From contig CAZTYE010000013.1 in assembly GCA_964617645.1 (NCBI GenBank), positions 3,956 to 67,955 on the forward strand: a stretch of 64,000 nucleotides of DNA, read 5' to 3'. Origin of the DNA: an uncultured Ignavibacteria bacterium. Its GTDB lineage: Bacteria > Zixibacteria > MSB-5A5 > CAIYYT01. Of this stretch, positions 49,641 through 58,660 are shown piece by piece. Below the pieces are notes generated by a model, which saw only the letters and a list, made by a program, of their open reading frames with translations, ran no database searches and was not told the DNA's origin. Numbering within the stretch: the first letter of the stretch is position 1; each line of letters begins with the position of its first letter. The position numbers and the translations under genes were made by a program.

Positions 49641-49717
49641 ACTTTTGAAGCGCTGAAAGCCTTCATATAAGGAACGAGCCGAATGCACCTGCGAAGAGCC
49701 AAATCGACAAACAGGAT

Positions 49718-49735
49718 TTGTGAAGTTTTTCACAA
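49718..49735. promoter_or_regulatory. Perfect Rex-type operator
   Basis: TTGTGAA-GTTT-TTCACAA. Confidence 0.8.
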
Positions 49736-49952
49736 TCACGACAGTCTTTGGGGACAATCGGCCGAGTTAAAGATCGCCAGAACTCAGCCTCTATTTACAT
49801 CTGATCAAAGTCAAATTAGCTCGAATGAACAATTGATGAAAGGAGTGATGCCAGATCACCGACGCGGATCGCGAGAATCTGCGATCACAAAAGACGGGCT
49901 GAACGTTCACAAGTACTTTCACCTTAATTCAACCACTAAGGTAGGTTCTACA

Positions 49953-51032
49953 ATGAAGAAGCTCACCTTGCTTGCTTTTGCCATGGTGTTCGCGCTTGTT
50001 GTCGCGGCGATGGCGGGCGACTATCATTCCGGCGCGAATCTGAATTGCGCGGAATGTCATGTGATGCACTATAGCCAGACCCATGGCTACAACAGCAATG
50101 GCGGCGGGATCACCGTCGACCTGGGCAACGCAGGCCCGTATCATTACTTGCTGCGCAACGAAATCAACGATCTCTGCCTGACTTGCCACGATGGCCAAAC
50201 ATTCGCGCCGGACGTTTTTGAAGTCGGTACTGGCGCTCCGGCAAACGGCCGTCTCGCCGGCGCTCTGAATCGTGATAACGTTTCGCCGTACTTTGATGCT
50301 ACCGGCCACACCCTCGGCTCGACCGACGATGCCCCGGGTGGCACTTGGGACAATCCGGACGGCCTTAACTGCACGAACTGCCACACCCAGCACGGCCGCG
50401 GCGGCTCGTGGGGTGGCGTGTCGTACAGCCTTTATCGCAATGCGAACATCTTCATCAACGGCACCCCGACAACCCCGCTGATGACCTATGCCATCGGGAC
50501 CAATGATCTCACTCGCGACATCTTTGAGCGTTCGGCGACTTACGGCGGCACGCACTATGACTTGCTGAACGTCGACTACAATGAGCCGGATCCGACGCAG
50601 TCTGGATACGGTCGTTTCTGCGGCCAGTGCCACACCAATTTCCATGGAACCGTTGGTTCCGCGGAGATCGGCGGCACGGGTACGCCGGCCAGCGAATTCC
50701 TGCGTCACCCCACCGCCGGCGCCAATATTGGAGCGCTTGGTGGCGGGCACTCAAGCCTGACCCGCAAGTATGACGACATGCTCTATCGTCTCAAGGTCAT
50801 GAGCCCGACCGGTAACTGGGGAACGTGGGGCGTTGCGTTCGGCGGAACCTCGACGGTCTCCAATGCTCCGACCGATCATACACCGTCTTGCATGACCTGC
50901 CACAAGGCGCACGGCACGACCCGCGCCTTTGGTCTGATCTGGGCCACGGGCACGACTCCGTACGGTGAAAACGGCGACGGCACCCGCTACGATCAGCAGT
51001 GCGGCCAGTGTCACGCGCAGGTCGCCTTCTAA
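49953..51032 (+). CDS. OmcS-like hexaheme cytochrome c, likely the major subunit (paralog 2)
   Basis: ATG at 49953 after AAGGTAGGT; signal peptide; YHSGANLNCAECHVMH; 6 CxxCH; APGG...LNCTNCH..HG, FCGQCHTNFH, RHP and SCMTCHKAHG; own promoter and terminator. Confidence 0.8.
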   Translation: MKKLTLLAFAMVFALVVAAMAGDYHSGANLNCAECHVMHYSQTHGYNSNGGGITVDLGNAGPYHYLLRNEINDLCLTCHDGQTFAPDVFEVGTGAPANGRLAGALNRDNVSPYFDATGHTLGSTDDAPGGTWDNPDGLNCTNCHTQHGRGGSWGGVSYSLYRNANIFINGTPTTPLMTYAIGTNDLTRDIFERSATYGGTHYDLLNVDYNEPDPTQSGYGRFCGQCHTNFHGTVGSAEIGGTGTPASEFLRHPTAGANIGALGGGHSSLTRKYDDMLYRLKVMSPTGNWGTWGVAFGGTSTVSNAPTDHTPSCMTCHKAHGTTRAFGLIWATGTTPYGENGDGTRYDQQCGQCHAQVAF

Positions 51033-51067
51033 TTCAGAAGTCACGCCTGTTCATAGTCTGCAATTGA

Positions 51068-51091
51068 GAAGAGGAGCTTCGGCTCCTCTTC
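51068..51091 (+). terminator. Strong hairpin (terminator or RNA stabiliser) after the major OmcS-like gene
   Basis: GAAGAGGAGC-TTCG-GCTCCTCTTC, 10-bp stem with UUCG loop; the U-tract is weak. Confidence 0.7.
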
Positions 51092-51122
51092 CGTTCTTGC
51101 TAATGCTAATCGGGAGCATTCA

Positions 51123-52250
51123 ATGAAGCCGAATTCTTCAATTACTACTTTCCTCATGTTATTTGCTCTTACCTGCTGCTCAAGCTCATTCGCCTTCGAT
51201 CCCAATGATGCGGCGGCAAACCTTCAGTACATTCATCCCGGAGCGACGATCAAGACGCCCGCGGCGGCATTCAAAGCCACCGGTCAAATGGACGTTCCGA
51301 CATTTCATAGCGGTACGACTCTGTATTGCTCGCAGTGCCATGTCATGCACGCCAGTCAACAACATGCGCATGAAGGCGTGGGCGCAATCGATCCCTTCGG
51401 CCCCTACCCACGCACGTTCGACCCATCGCCGAAGCTGCTCAAAGCTCCGGATCCTGTTGCGCTCTGTTTGACCTGCCATGACAATGTGCCCGGCGTCCCG
51501 GATGTCGTCGGAGCAGACGTCAACGGCCTCGTTGAGCGTTCAGCGGGCTTGTTCGAGCTACCCGGCGAGCCAAACCCCAGAGGACACAAGCTCGACTACG
51601 GTCTTGATACGGATCCGGGGTTTGGTCTTTGCATGAGATGCCATTTTGGAGGAACGTTTGAGGATGCGGCAGTCTCCTGTATCGACTGTCACAATCCACA
51701 CGGAAACGGTCGAGCGAGAAACCTTCAATGGGCGTCATACCCCGGCGGCGAGCCGCAGTTTGGATTGTACAACTCCGTCAATAGCGGTTTGGCCAAGTAC
51801 GAACGCGGCAACGTGGCGTATGGTACAGACAACTCAGATTTGGCACGCGAAGTCACGAACATGTGCAATGACTGCCACCATGTGTTCACCGGTCAGTATT
51901 ACAACGACCCGGACGCGGATGGTATTCACAACCTGCACCCGAGTTACGACTCGGAACGGTCAAATCCGAATAATATAGCGCAGGGCAACTCGGAAGGCAC
52001 GACCAGCAGCCAGCATTGGATCGACGGCACGGGAACCGGCTATCAGGCTACGCCGCGGGTCAACTTCGTCAACTACCCGGCTACCGACTTCGCATCGGCG
52101 TCGACCGTGAATGCCGGCAGCAACGGAGTATTCTGCCTATCGTGTCACAAGGCTCACGGCGGGACAAGCTCGTTTGCTTTGCTATGGGATCCTGTTGGCA
52201 GTTTTAATGGAGAAGGATGCGATCAGTGCCATCTCAAGATGGGCGAATGA
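51123..52250 (+). CDS. OmcS-like cytochrome c with N-terminal extension and a seventh CxxCH (paralog 3)
   Basis: Signal peptide, ~35-aa extension, then FHSGTTLYCSQCHVMH; CSQCH, CLTCH, CMRCH, CIDCH, CNDCH, CLSCH, CDQCH. Confidence 0.75.
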   Translation: MKPNSSITTFLMLFALTCCSSSFAFDPNDAAANLQYIHPGATIKTPAAAFKATGQMDVPTFHSGTTLYCSQCHVMHASQQHAHEGVGAIDPFGPYPRTFDPSPKLLKAPDPVALCLTCHDNVPGVPDVVGADVNGLVERSAGLFELPGEPNPRGHKLDYGLDTDPGFGLCMRCHFGGTFEDAAVSCIDCHNPHGNGRARNLQWASYPGGEPQFGLYNSVNSGLAKYERGNVAYGTDNSDLAREVTNMCNDCHHVFTGQYYNDPDADGIHNLHPSYDSERSNPNNIAQGNSEGTTSSQHWIDGTGTGYQATPRVNFVNYPATDFASASTVNAGSNGVFCLSCHKAHGGTSSFALLWDPVGSFNGEGCDQCHLKMGE

Positions 52251-52292
52251 CGGCGCCCGGTGGCAGGCGCTTCGGTTCTTGAAGCTATCATG

Positions 52293-52718
52293 CTAAGCCA
52301 GAAGCGTGCTGATAATTCCTTCGACTTGACCGGCAAGTAGTTTCCACGACATCTTCGTGTAGATGCAACTGAAGGTGTAACCGCGACCATTGAGGATCAG
52401 ATAGGTAAATTGATTGAAGGTGATCGATTCATCGGCGGCAACAGACTTGTAGACCCACTCCCAGGCGCGGACACCGCTGGGCAGGGTCTTCACCTCGTTC
52501 TTTAGTGTCTCGACCATACCCATGGGGCTGGCGGTCGTAAGCTGGATGCGCTGCCGGGCGAATGATTCGAGGGTTTCCCCGGTGGCGACCGCCGGATCGA
52601 TCACCAGCCGCAGCATGTGCTTGATACCGTGCGATTCGGGTCCGGAGTAGACAAAGATCGATTGGTCGCTCCAACCGGCGGGGAGACTAAGTCGAAATTG
52701 ATGATTGTTCGAACTCAT
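52293..52718 (-). CDS. DcrB/DUF1795-like (PsbP-fold) protein
   Basis: FRLSLPAGWSDQSIFVY...LESFARQRI...GRGYTFSC pattern; last gene of the PAAR cassette. Confidence 0.65.
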   Translation of the reverse strand: MSSNNHQFRLSLPAGWSDQSIFVYSGPESHGIKHMLRLVIDPAVATGETLESFARQRIQLTTASPMGMVETLKNEVKTLPSGVRAWEWVYKSVAADESITFNQFTYLILNGRGYTFSCIYTKMSWKLLAGQVEGIISTLLA

Positions 52719-52737
52719 ATTCGTGTCCTCTCATCCG

Positions 52738-53955
52738 TTAGCGCACGCAGAAGATTCCATTGGGTCCGCCGACGTAGATTCGACCGGAGGCATCAACGAT
52801 CGGCCGACAAGTCAAACGCGAGCGCAACGGGCGGTTGCGCAACATCTGACCGTCGGGTCCGACAAGAGTCAGATTCGAATCGACAGCAAGCAGTGACAAT
52901 CCGCCGTCAAGCACGGTCAGGAGCGGCGAACCTGCCGCCGGAACGCTGAAATTCCACTTCTTTAGACCATTGTGAAAGTGAAGCAACTCCCTGCCCCAGA
53001 CCAACCAGACGTTTCCACCGGGCGACGACGCCGGCGGCTGGTTCAGTGTTTGCTCGCCTTCGAGGCGGAATGTCCATATGTCATTGCCCTCAAGGCCAAG
53101 CGCTCGCAGGCGTAGGCCATCGTCATCTTTGTCGACGACGAGGATTTGGTTTTCGGCGTTGATCGAGAAGGAGCGCAGTTCACCGGTTTTGATTTCGCGG
53201 CCGCGATCGTAGCCCGCGACATCCGCCGGAATTACATCGAGCAGCGAGTCCGATCCGAGCACGACTGTGCCAAAATCGGGAGAAGTACAGACACCGCGCC
53301 CCACGCCTTGGCGTTGAAACACGAAGATCACTTCTTCAGTCTTGGGAAGGGCGCGACCATAGCAGATCGTTCCGGGAATATTCGCGGCGTGCGATCCGTG
53401 GCCGGGAATCGGGCTGGCGGTGTAGGCGTAGCGCAGTTCCGGTCCGGCGGATGTTGCCCAGTGCAACCGGGTTCGTTCGCCGAGATAGGGCAAATGAATA
53501 ACCTCACTTCGCTTCCCGGCGAGACTTACCCACTGGGCCAGCCCCGACGGTTCGACAACAAGAACTCCCGCTGAGTCGATTTGAAAATCGACGAAGGGCA
53601 TTATTTCGGTTTTCAGTACTTCGCTGCCGTCGGCGGCACGCAAAATCTGAATGAAGTCCGCATACCGAACCACGAGGAGGTCTCCGGCCAAAGCCAGATT
53701 CAACGGTACGCCAAGCGTCGGGATGGTCTTGTCGGCGGTCGGCCAAATCTGTTCGCCAAGAAGCCGGGTCGACGCCGGTATGAAGCTGGAACTTTGCAGA
53801 TCACCGAAAGGATGCGGATTGATGAACTCGGCGTTAGACATGGTCGCCTTCCCGGTCTCCGGCTGTGATTGCGGCGCCGGCGCCTGCCCGCATGCCGAGC
53901 AGATCAATAGTAGCAGCGGCGCAATGATTCTGGAGAAAAAGCACTTCTTCCGCAT
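52738..53955 (-). CDS. Lipoprotein with PQQ-like beta-propeller; candidate immunity protein
   Basis: Lipobox ICSA-C; propeller-like repeats PPASSPGGNVW, KWNFSVP and RPIVDASGRIYVG. Confidence 0.6.
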   Translation of the reverse strand: MRKKCFFSRIIAPLLLLICSACGQAPAPQSQPETGKATMSNAEFINPHPFGDLQSSSFIPASTRLLGEQIWPTADKTIPTLGVPLNLALAGDLLVVRYADFIQILRAADGSEVLKTEIMPFVDFQIDSAGVLVVEPSGLAQWVSLAGKRSEVIHLPYLGERTRLHWATSAGPELRYAYTASPIPGHGSHAANIPGTICYGRALPKTEEVIFVFQRQGVGRGVCTSPDFGTVVLGSDSLLDVIPADVAGYDRGREIKTGELRSFSINAENQILVVDKDDDGLRLRALGLEGNDIWTFRLEGEQTLNQPPASSPGGNVWLVWGRELLHFHNGLKKWNFSVPAAGSPLLTVLDGGLSLLAVDSNLTLVGPDGQMLRNRPLRSRLTCRPIVDASGRIYVGGPNGIFCVR

Positions 53956-54002
53956 GATTGACCACGAGAGTCCTTTCCGTTTCGGCGTCCATCATCTCCG
54001 GC

Positions 54003-57000
54003 TCACACAATTCTTTCCATCGTGAAGTTGTCGCCGGTTTGCGCGTTGACCCAATCACGAATATAGTCCAGAGCGACCAGATGATCCTGTCCGGAAGCGA
54101 TGTGAAGCAGATATTCCTGAATCTGGGTCATCGTGGCGTTCCGATGAATGCGCAGCTTATCGGCGCCAATGAGCGGCGAATGGAACGTGATTCTTGAGTT
54201 GGTTCCGCTTGGCTGCGAGCGACGAAACTGGGTGCGATAGTTGTTCAAGTCGTCATTGTCGCCGTCGGCTTTGAATCCCGGCACAAAGTGAATGAAGATG
54301 CGTTGAATGCCGCGCGTGCCGCCGATCAAACGGTACTTGCCGCTGCGATCAAGCCAGGCGGCCTGAACCCGGGAGAGGATCGTCGCTTTCTCGCCTTCGG
54401 TCCAATTGCCGTCATCGTCGTCCCACTCGACTTCCATGAGCACGCCAATTGTCAGTACGGCTTGATACTCGAGATCATTCTGATTGAGATGAAAGCCGCG
54501 CCGCGAAGACAAGTCGGGGCCGACATGAAATAGACTGAGCCGGAGTTGTTTGTGGTCGACGCCGGGAATGTTGAAGTGCGCGTCGATGGCCATCGGCCGC
54601 GTCAGGTGCGTCGGCACCTGATGACTTCCCAGAGTCAGGCGACGCGAGTTATCCGGCTGAATCGTAAACACGCCGCGATGGTAAGTGAGATCAACGCCGC
54701 CGCGCACGAGGCGGGCATTGAATCGGCGCCCCGCCGGATGAAACGCCGCGATAGTTCCGGCGGCGATTTCCGCATTGAGCTTATAGAGGTAGTACCACAA
54801 CTGGTGTAACCGCGGGGCGACATTGCCTTTCATCATCGAAGTCTTGTTGGCCTGCATCGAGTAGCATTCGAAGTCGCGGCGATAGCTGCCGAAGATGTGC
54901 CGTTGCGTGCCGCCGCCGGCAATCGGCTCGACGATCGCGAATTCGCGATAAAAATACTCGTCCGCATTGCCGATGGCGTGGCCGATCTCGTGTGCCAGCG
55001 TGAAAACGCCAATGGTATCGCCCAGTTCGGTGACCGTGGCGCCGACATCGCCGATGGTGCCGACGTCGTGATACGCCGAACGGTTCATGCGGAAAAACGA
55101 GTAGGTTCTTCCCCACTTGCGTCGTTGATGCTGATAGGCGGCGCCATAGGGGAATCCCGGCGCTTGATCGGCGCAGACGACGGCAAGAAAAATCGACTTG
55201 CCGCCGAGGGCATTCGCGCGCGCCGTGCTGACCGCGGCATTGTTGGTGATCGGTTCGGCGTCAACGTCGGGGTCCCAGTCAATATTATTGGGCGTGTTCG
55301 CGTCGCTGATGACAAAAGTCTCGCGCTCATCGAAGAAGAAGAAGAGATGGACACGCTCCGATACCGTATCCGGCGACGTTTCATCGAAGAAGAACTCTTT
55401 CAGATTCCAGCGATCCATGGCGTTGTACATGCCTTCATCGACGAATTTTAGTACGTCGCCGCCGGTAGGCTTGGGATCGACGTCCGCCGTGCCGGCGGGG
55501 CGCGTGTCGCGCAGGAAAGAAATCGAAATATACGGAATCAAGTAGGAGACCGGGTTTTCGGCGTCAAGTTCAAGGTGATGAAAGTAGTGCAGCTCATAGT
55601 CGCCCGAGAAAGAAAACTCCTGGTTGACTGCGTCTCCGCCCATAACCCACATCCGATGATAGTCGGCATCGGAACGAATCGCCGCGCGCGCGCCGACGAC
55701 GAACAGCTTCTCCTGCCAACCCGGTTCTTCGACGGTTCGCTTGTGGCCGACGGGATAGAAACCGTCACGGAAGTGCACGAGGCGAGTTAGGTTTTGGTAT
55801 TCCATTTGTTCGACGAAGAGATTGCGGTAGACGGTATTCCCGCCGATAGTCTCGCGCCGGAACGGAATGCGCGCGGTCTTTTGATCGCTGAAGTCGCGAC
55901 AATAAAGGGCCAGATGATGGTTCGGCTTGCTGTAAAGCAACTTCGCCCGCGACTTCTCGGCCAGTTCCTTGTTGACGGGCGGCAGGCTGTGATCGCTGTC
56001 TTTGATATCCTGCGTGCCGCCGACGGCATCGAGAAGGACGATGTCGTCGAAACTGAACACCATCGGCGAGTCGGCATTGGACGCTTCCCCGCCAAACGGT
56101 TTCATCTGCAGCTCGCCGTCGATCATGTCTCTGAACCGCATACCGGAATCGTGATCGTGATCAAAGCGCGTCCAATAGTTGATCGACGACCACTTCGCCG
56201 GCAGATCGTAGTAGCGCTTCTGCTCGGTCAGCGGCATGCCCATCACCGTTTGCGCCGTTGCGTCGGCGATCTGCGCATCCTCACTGTCGACCGGCACGAA
56301 GAGCCACTTGTTCGGCATCTCGATCTCAAAGTGGATCGACGTGCGCGCCGCGTCGTCTTGAATCTTGAGTTGGTAAACGCCATCACGATAGCGTTTGCGC
56401 ACCGCCGAAATTGGTCCGTTCTGGTCATAGACCTTGATGTCAAGCCCGTCGGGAACGGCTTTCACCGTTTCCGATAACCTGTCGAAGTAAACAAACTTGA
56501 GGTGGTAGGCGATTGCCGTTAGGTCGGCAGGATCGATATGCACGGGAATAAAGTGCAGGCTGTGCCAGATCGGACATTCCGCCGGCGTATGAACGCTCGT
56601 TGTTCGCGTGGGACAATTGATTTCCGGCGCTTGATTTTGGTTGAAGAATAGCAGTTCGACGCGGCGGTTTAACTGCGAGCGATAGTTGTCGCGGCCAACG
56701 TTGTCGAGAGGAAACGACTCACCACACGCCACGAATTTCTTCTCGTCATTCACCCAGCCGACCAGGGCACGATACCAGCCCATTTCGTCACGGGCGACAC
56801 CGAGCACGCGCGCGAGTTCGTCGATGTAGAGATCGAATACGGCGCGCCACATTTCGATCGGCCACTTGTGCTGGCCGTGGTTGACGATTTGCGCCATGAC
56901 ATTGCCGGGAATCTGCTCGGAGCCGGCCGGGGCCAATCCGGCCAGCACCCAGAGGTTGTATTTTTCGATGAAGGCGTTTGTCGCATTGCGCGTGTTGTCG

Positions 57001-57536
57001 CCCCATTTGTCGTCAACACCAAGAGGATCACAATCCCAGCCCATGCGCGAATTGGCAAAGGTGAGAATTTGCTGATAGTCTTCGATCCGATGACGACCGG
57101 CGCTGAGAGCGGCCCATTCCTCGCGATTGCCTTCGATCAAGAGCTGGACACCCTGTGCCCGTAGCGCCGACAACTCGAAGTTCATTTGCGCGGCGCCGGA
57201 GGTATCGGTGTGGCCGGCAATCAGGAGCCGCTTCTCCCGGTCAAACTCGAATTGCCGATAAGCCAACGCCAGAGCGGCCAAACCCGAGGCTTGCTCCTGT
57301 TCCTGTTGCGTTTGAGCATCGGTAGCATCATCACCGACGCCTTGCGTGGAAGATCGCCCCTCCGGGCGCTCGGGCATCATGACGGCGCTGTCGAGATGGA
57401 ATAACACATCTTCCATCTCGAGGATTTGGACTTCGATCTGCTCGTGAGTGTAGGTCGTCGGCGTTCCGGTCATGGTGCCGTAACGCGCCAGCCAATCGGA
57501 AAAAGTCCCGGTGATATCGTTAGTTTCGTCAGCCAC
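54003..57536 (-). CDS. OmpA-like peptidoglycan-binding domain plus metzincin-type zinc peptidase; candidate secreted effector
   Basis: LLIAGHTDTSG...NFELSALRAQGV and NRRVELLF (OmpA_C-like, with an insertion); LAHEIGHAIGNADEY (HExxHxxGxxD) followed by SMM; no signal peptide. Confidence 0.65.
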   Translation of the reverse strand: MADETNDITGTFSDWLARYGTMTGTPTTYTHEQIEVQILEMEDVLFHLDSAVMMPERPEGRSSTQGVGDDATDAQTQQEQEQASGLAALALAYRQFEFDREKRLLIAGHTDTSGAAQMNFELSALRAQGVQLLIEGNREEWAALSAGRHRIEDYQQILTFANSRMGWDCDPLGVDDKWGDNTRNATNAFIEKYNLWVLAGLAPAGSEQIPGNVMAQIVNHGQHKWPIEMWRAVFDLYIDELARVLGVARDEMGWYRALVGWVNDEKKFVACGESFPLDNVGRDNYRSQLNRRVELLFFNQNQAPEINCPTRTTSVHTPAECPIWHSLHFIPVHIDPADLTAIAYHLKFVYFDRLSETVKAVPDGLDIKVYDQNGPISAVRKRYRDGVYQLKIQDDAARTSIHFEIEMPNKWLFVPVDSEDAQIADATAQTVMGMPLTEQKRYYDLPAKWSSINYWTRFDHDHDSGMRFRDMIDGELQMKPFGGEASNADSPMVFSFDDIVLLDAVGGTQDIKDSDHSLPPVNKELAEKSRAKLLYSKPNHHLALYCRDFSDQKTARIPFRRETIGGNTVYRNLFVEQMEYQNLTRLVHFRDGFYPVGHKRTVEEPGWQEKLFVVGARAAIRSDADYHRMWVMGGDAVNQEFSFSGDYELHYFHHLELDAENPVSYLIPYISISFLRDTRPAGTADVDPKPTGGDVLKFVDEGMYNAMDRWNLKEFFFDETSPDTVSERVHLFFFFDERETFVISDANTPNNIDWDPDVDAEPITNNAAVSTARANALGGKSIFLAVVCADQAPGFPYGAAYQHQRRKWGRTYSFFRMNRSAYHDVGTIGDVGATVTELGDTIGVFTLAHEIGHAIGNADEYFYREFAIVEPIAGGGTQRHIFGSYRRDFECYSMQANKTSMMKGNVAPRLHQLWYYLYKLNAEIAAGTIAAFHPAGRRFNARLVRGGVDLTYHRGVFTIQPDNSRRLTLGSHQVPTHLTRPMAIDAHFNIPGVDHKQLRLSLFHVGPDLSSRRGFHLNQNDLEYQAVLTIGVLMEVEWDDDDGNWTEGEKATILSRVQAAWLDRSGKYRLIGGTRGIQRIFIHFVPGFKADGDNDDLNNYRTQFRRSQPSGTNSRITFHSPLIGADKLRIHRNATMTQIQEYLLHIASGQDHLVALDYIRDWVNAQTGDNFTMERIV

Positions 57537-57547
57537 GGATCAGCATC

Positions 57548-58660
57548 CTACTGCTTCCACTGTTCATCCTTGAGATCGAAATAGACGCGCACCCGGCCCG
57601 CCGGAACGTCGGTCTCTTTGGCATAGCCGGAACCGTCCAAGTTGCCGGATTTGATTTCGCCATTGGGGAGAAATAGCTGGTACTTCCGATTAGGGATGGC
57701 GTTGCCCTGCTTGTCTTTGAGGTAGATTTCGACGTCGTCGACCACGGTGAGCATATTCGAACGCTTATTGAAATTGTCCGCTTCGACCGTGAAATAATAG
57801 CTCGGCGACGAGTAACGCTTGAGCGCTTCCTTTTGCTCAATGATCTCGACCATGCGTTCATCAATCTCGATCTTCCACTCGCCTTGAATCTTGTCTCCGG
57901 ACACGTCGGTCTCGATAATCTTGAGCTGACGATTGGAGAAGTTCGGGTCATGCATCCAGATTTCGATGCGGGCTTTCGTTCCGGCGGCGATTCCCGCGGT
58001 GTCGATATTCATTTTGACGGTTTCGCCGACTTTCGCCCGACTCTTCTCCCAAAGGGCGCTGACAATGCCAAAGACTGAAATCTCGTAGGCTCCGGGTTCG
58101 ACGTTTTGCAGAGAGATACCACCGGCGGTCAGGCCGGAGCTTTCGTTCCCCTTGGGGTCTTTCATCTTGTACTTTGAGTCCGTGATCGGGAAATTCGCAT
58201 TGTCAACTATCTTAACGTTGAGATAATGGCTGTCGTCCTGATCGCTGGAGCTTCCGCCTCCCGACTGGGCGGCGCCAATCTCCGTACCGCTGCTCTTGTT
58301 GGCCGAGCCGTCAACGTCTTTGCCTTCGCCCGATCCTTGTCCCGGCATGGCGGAGACGGCTCCTTCACCGATCAAAACGGTCGGGCAGCCCTTCGCGATT
58401 GTATCCGGCGGTCCGACGCAGACACACATATCGCCCATTCGCGCGGCCGGCATATTTCCGATCAGAACGCCCATCGAGCCTTTGGAAATTGGCCCGCCGA
58501 CGTGCGGAATCGGCGGTGTCCCCGGGGTCTGCATCGGACAAGTGTGCATGTCACCCATGCGCGCCGCCGGTTGGCCTCCGATGAGAACCATAGGAAAGCC
58601 CATGACGATCGAGCCGCCGTGTACGGTCATGTCACCTTGTCGCGCTGCCGGTTGTCCCAT
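57548..58660 (-). CDS. PAAR-domain spike-tip protein with C-terminal transthyretin-like extensions
   Basis: Three PAARxGD motifs with HTCP, H.GG.I and CVCVGPPD metal ligands; Gly/Ser linker; two D..G.PI.N..Y.L..P.G..SG-type repeats. Confidence 0.88.
   Translation of the reverse strand: MGQPAARQGDMTVHGGSIVMGFPMVLIGGQPAARMGDMHTCPMQTPGTPPIPHVGGPISKGSMGVLIGNMPAARMGDMCVCVGPPDTIAKGCPTVLIGEGAVSAMPGQGSGEGKDVDGSANKSSGTEIGAAQSGGGSSSDQDDSHYLNVKIVDNANFPITDSKYKMKDPKGNESSGLTAGGISLQNVEPGAYEISVFGIVSALWEKSRAKVGETVKMNIDTAGIAAGTKARIEIWMHDPNFSNRQLKIIETDVSGDKIQGEWKIEIDERMVEIIEQKEALKRYSSPSYYFTVEADNFNKRSNMLTVVDDVEIYLKDKQGNAIPNRKYQLFLPNGEIKSGNLDGSGYAKETDVPAGRVRVYFDLKDEQWKQ

Noticed and set aside
49640-49952. GEMM-I (c-di-GMP/cGAMP) riboswitch in the leader of the OmcS-like gene, as recalled for Geobacter omcS
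   Set aside because: The GGYAAAC...GAAA...GACGCAAA core was not visible by eye. An Infernal/Rfam scan would be decisive.
49683-49952. 90-aa N-terminal extension of the OmcS-like ORF
   Set aside because: It covers the operator-containing leader; the signal peptide and RBS indicate the ATG at 49953.
52293-58660. Complete T6SS or prophage
   Set aside because: No sheath, tube, baseplate, VgrG, integrase or capsid genes are in the window.
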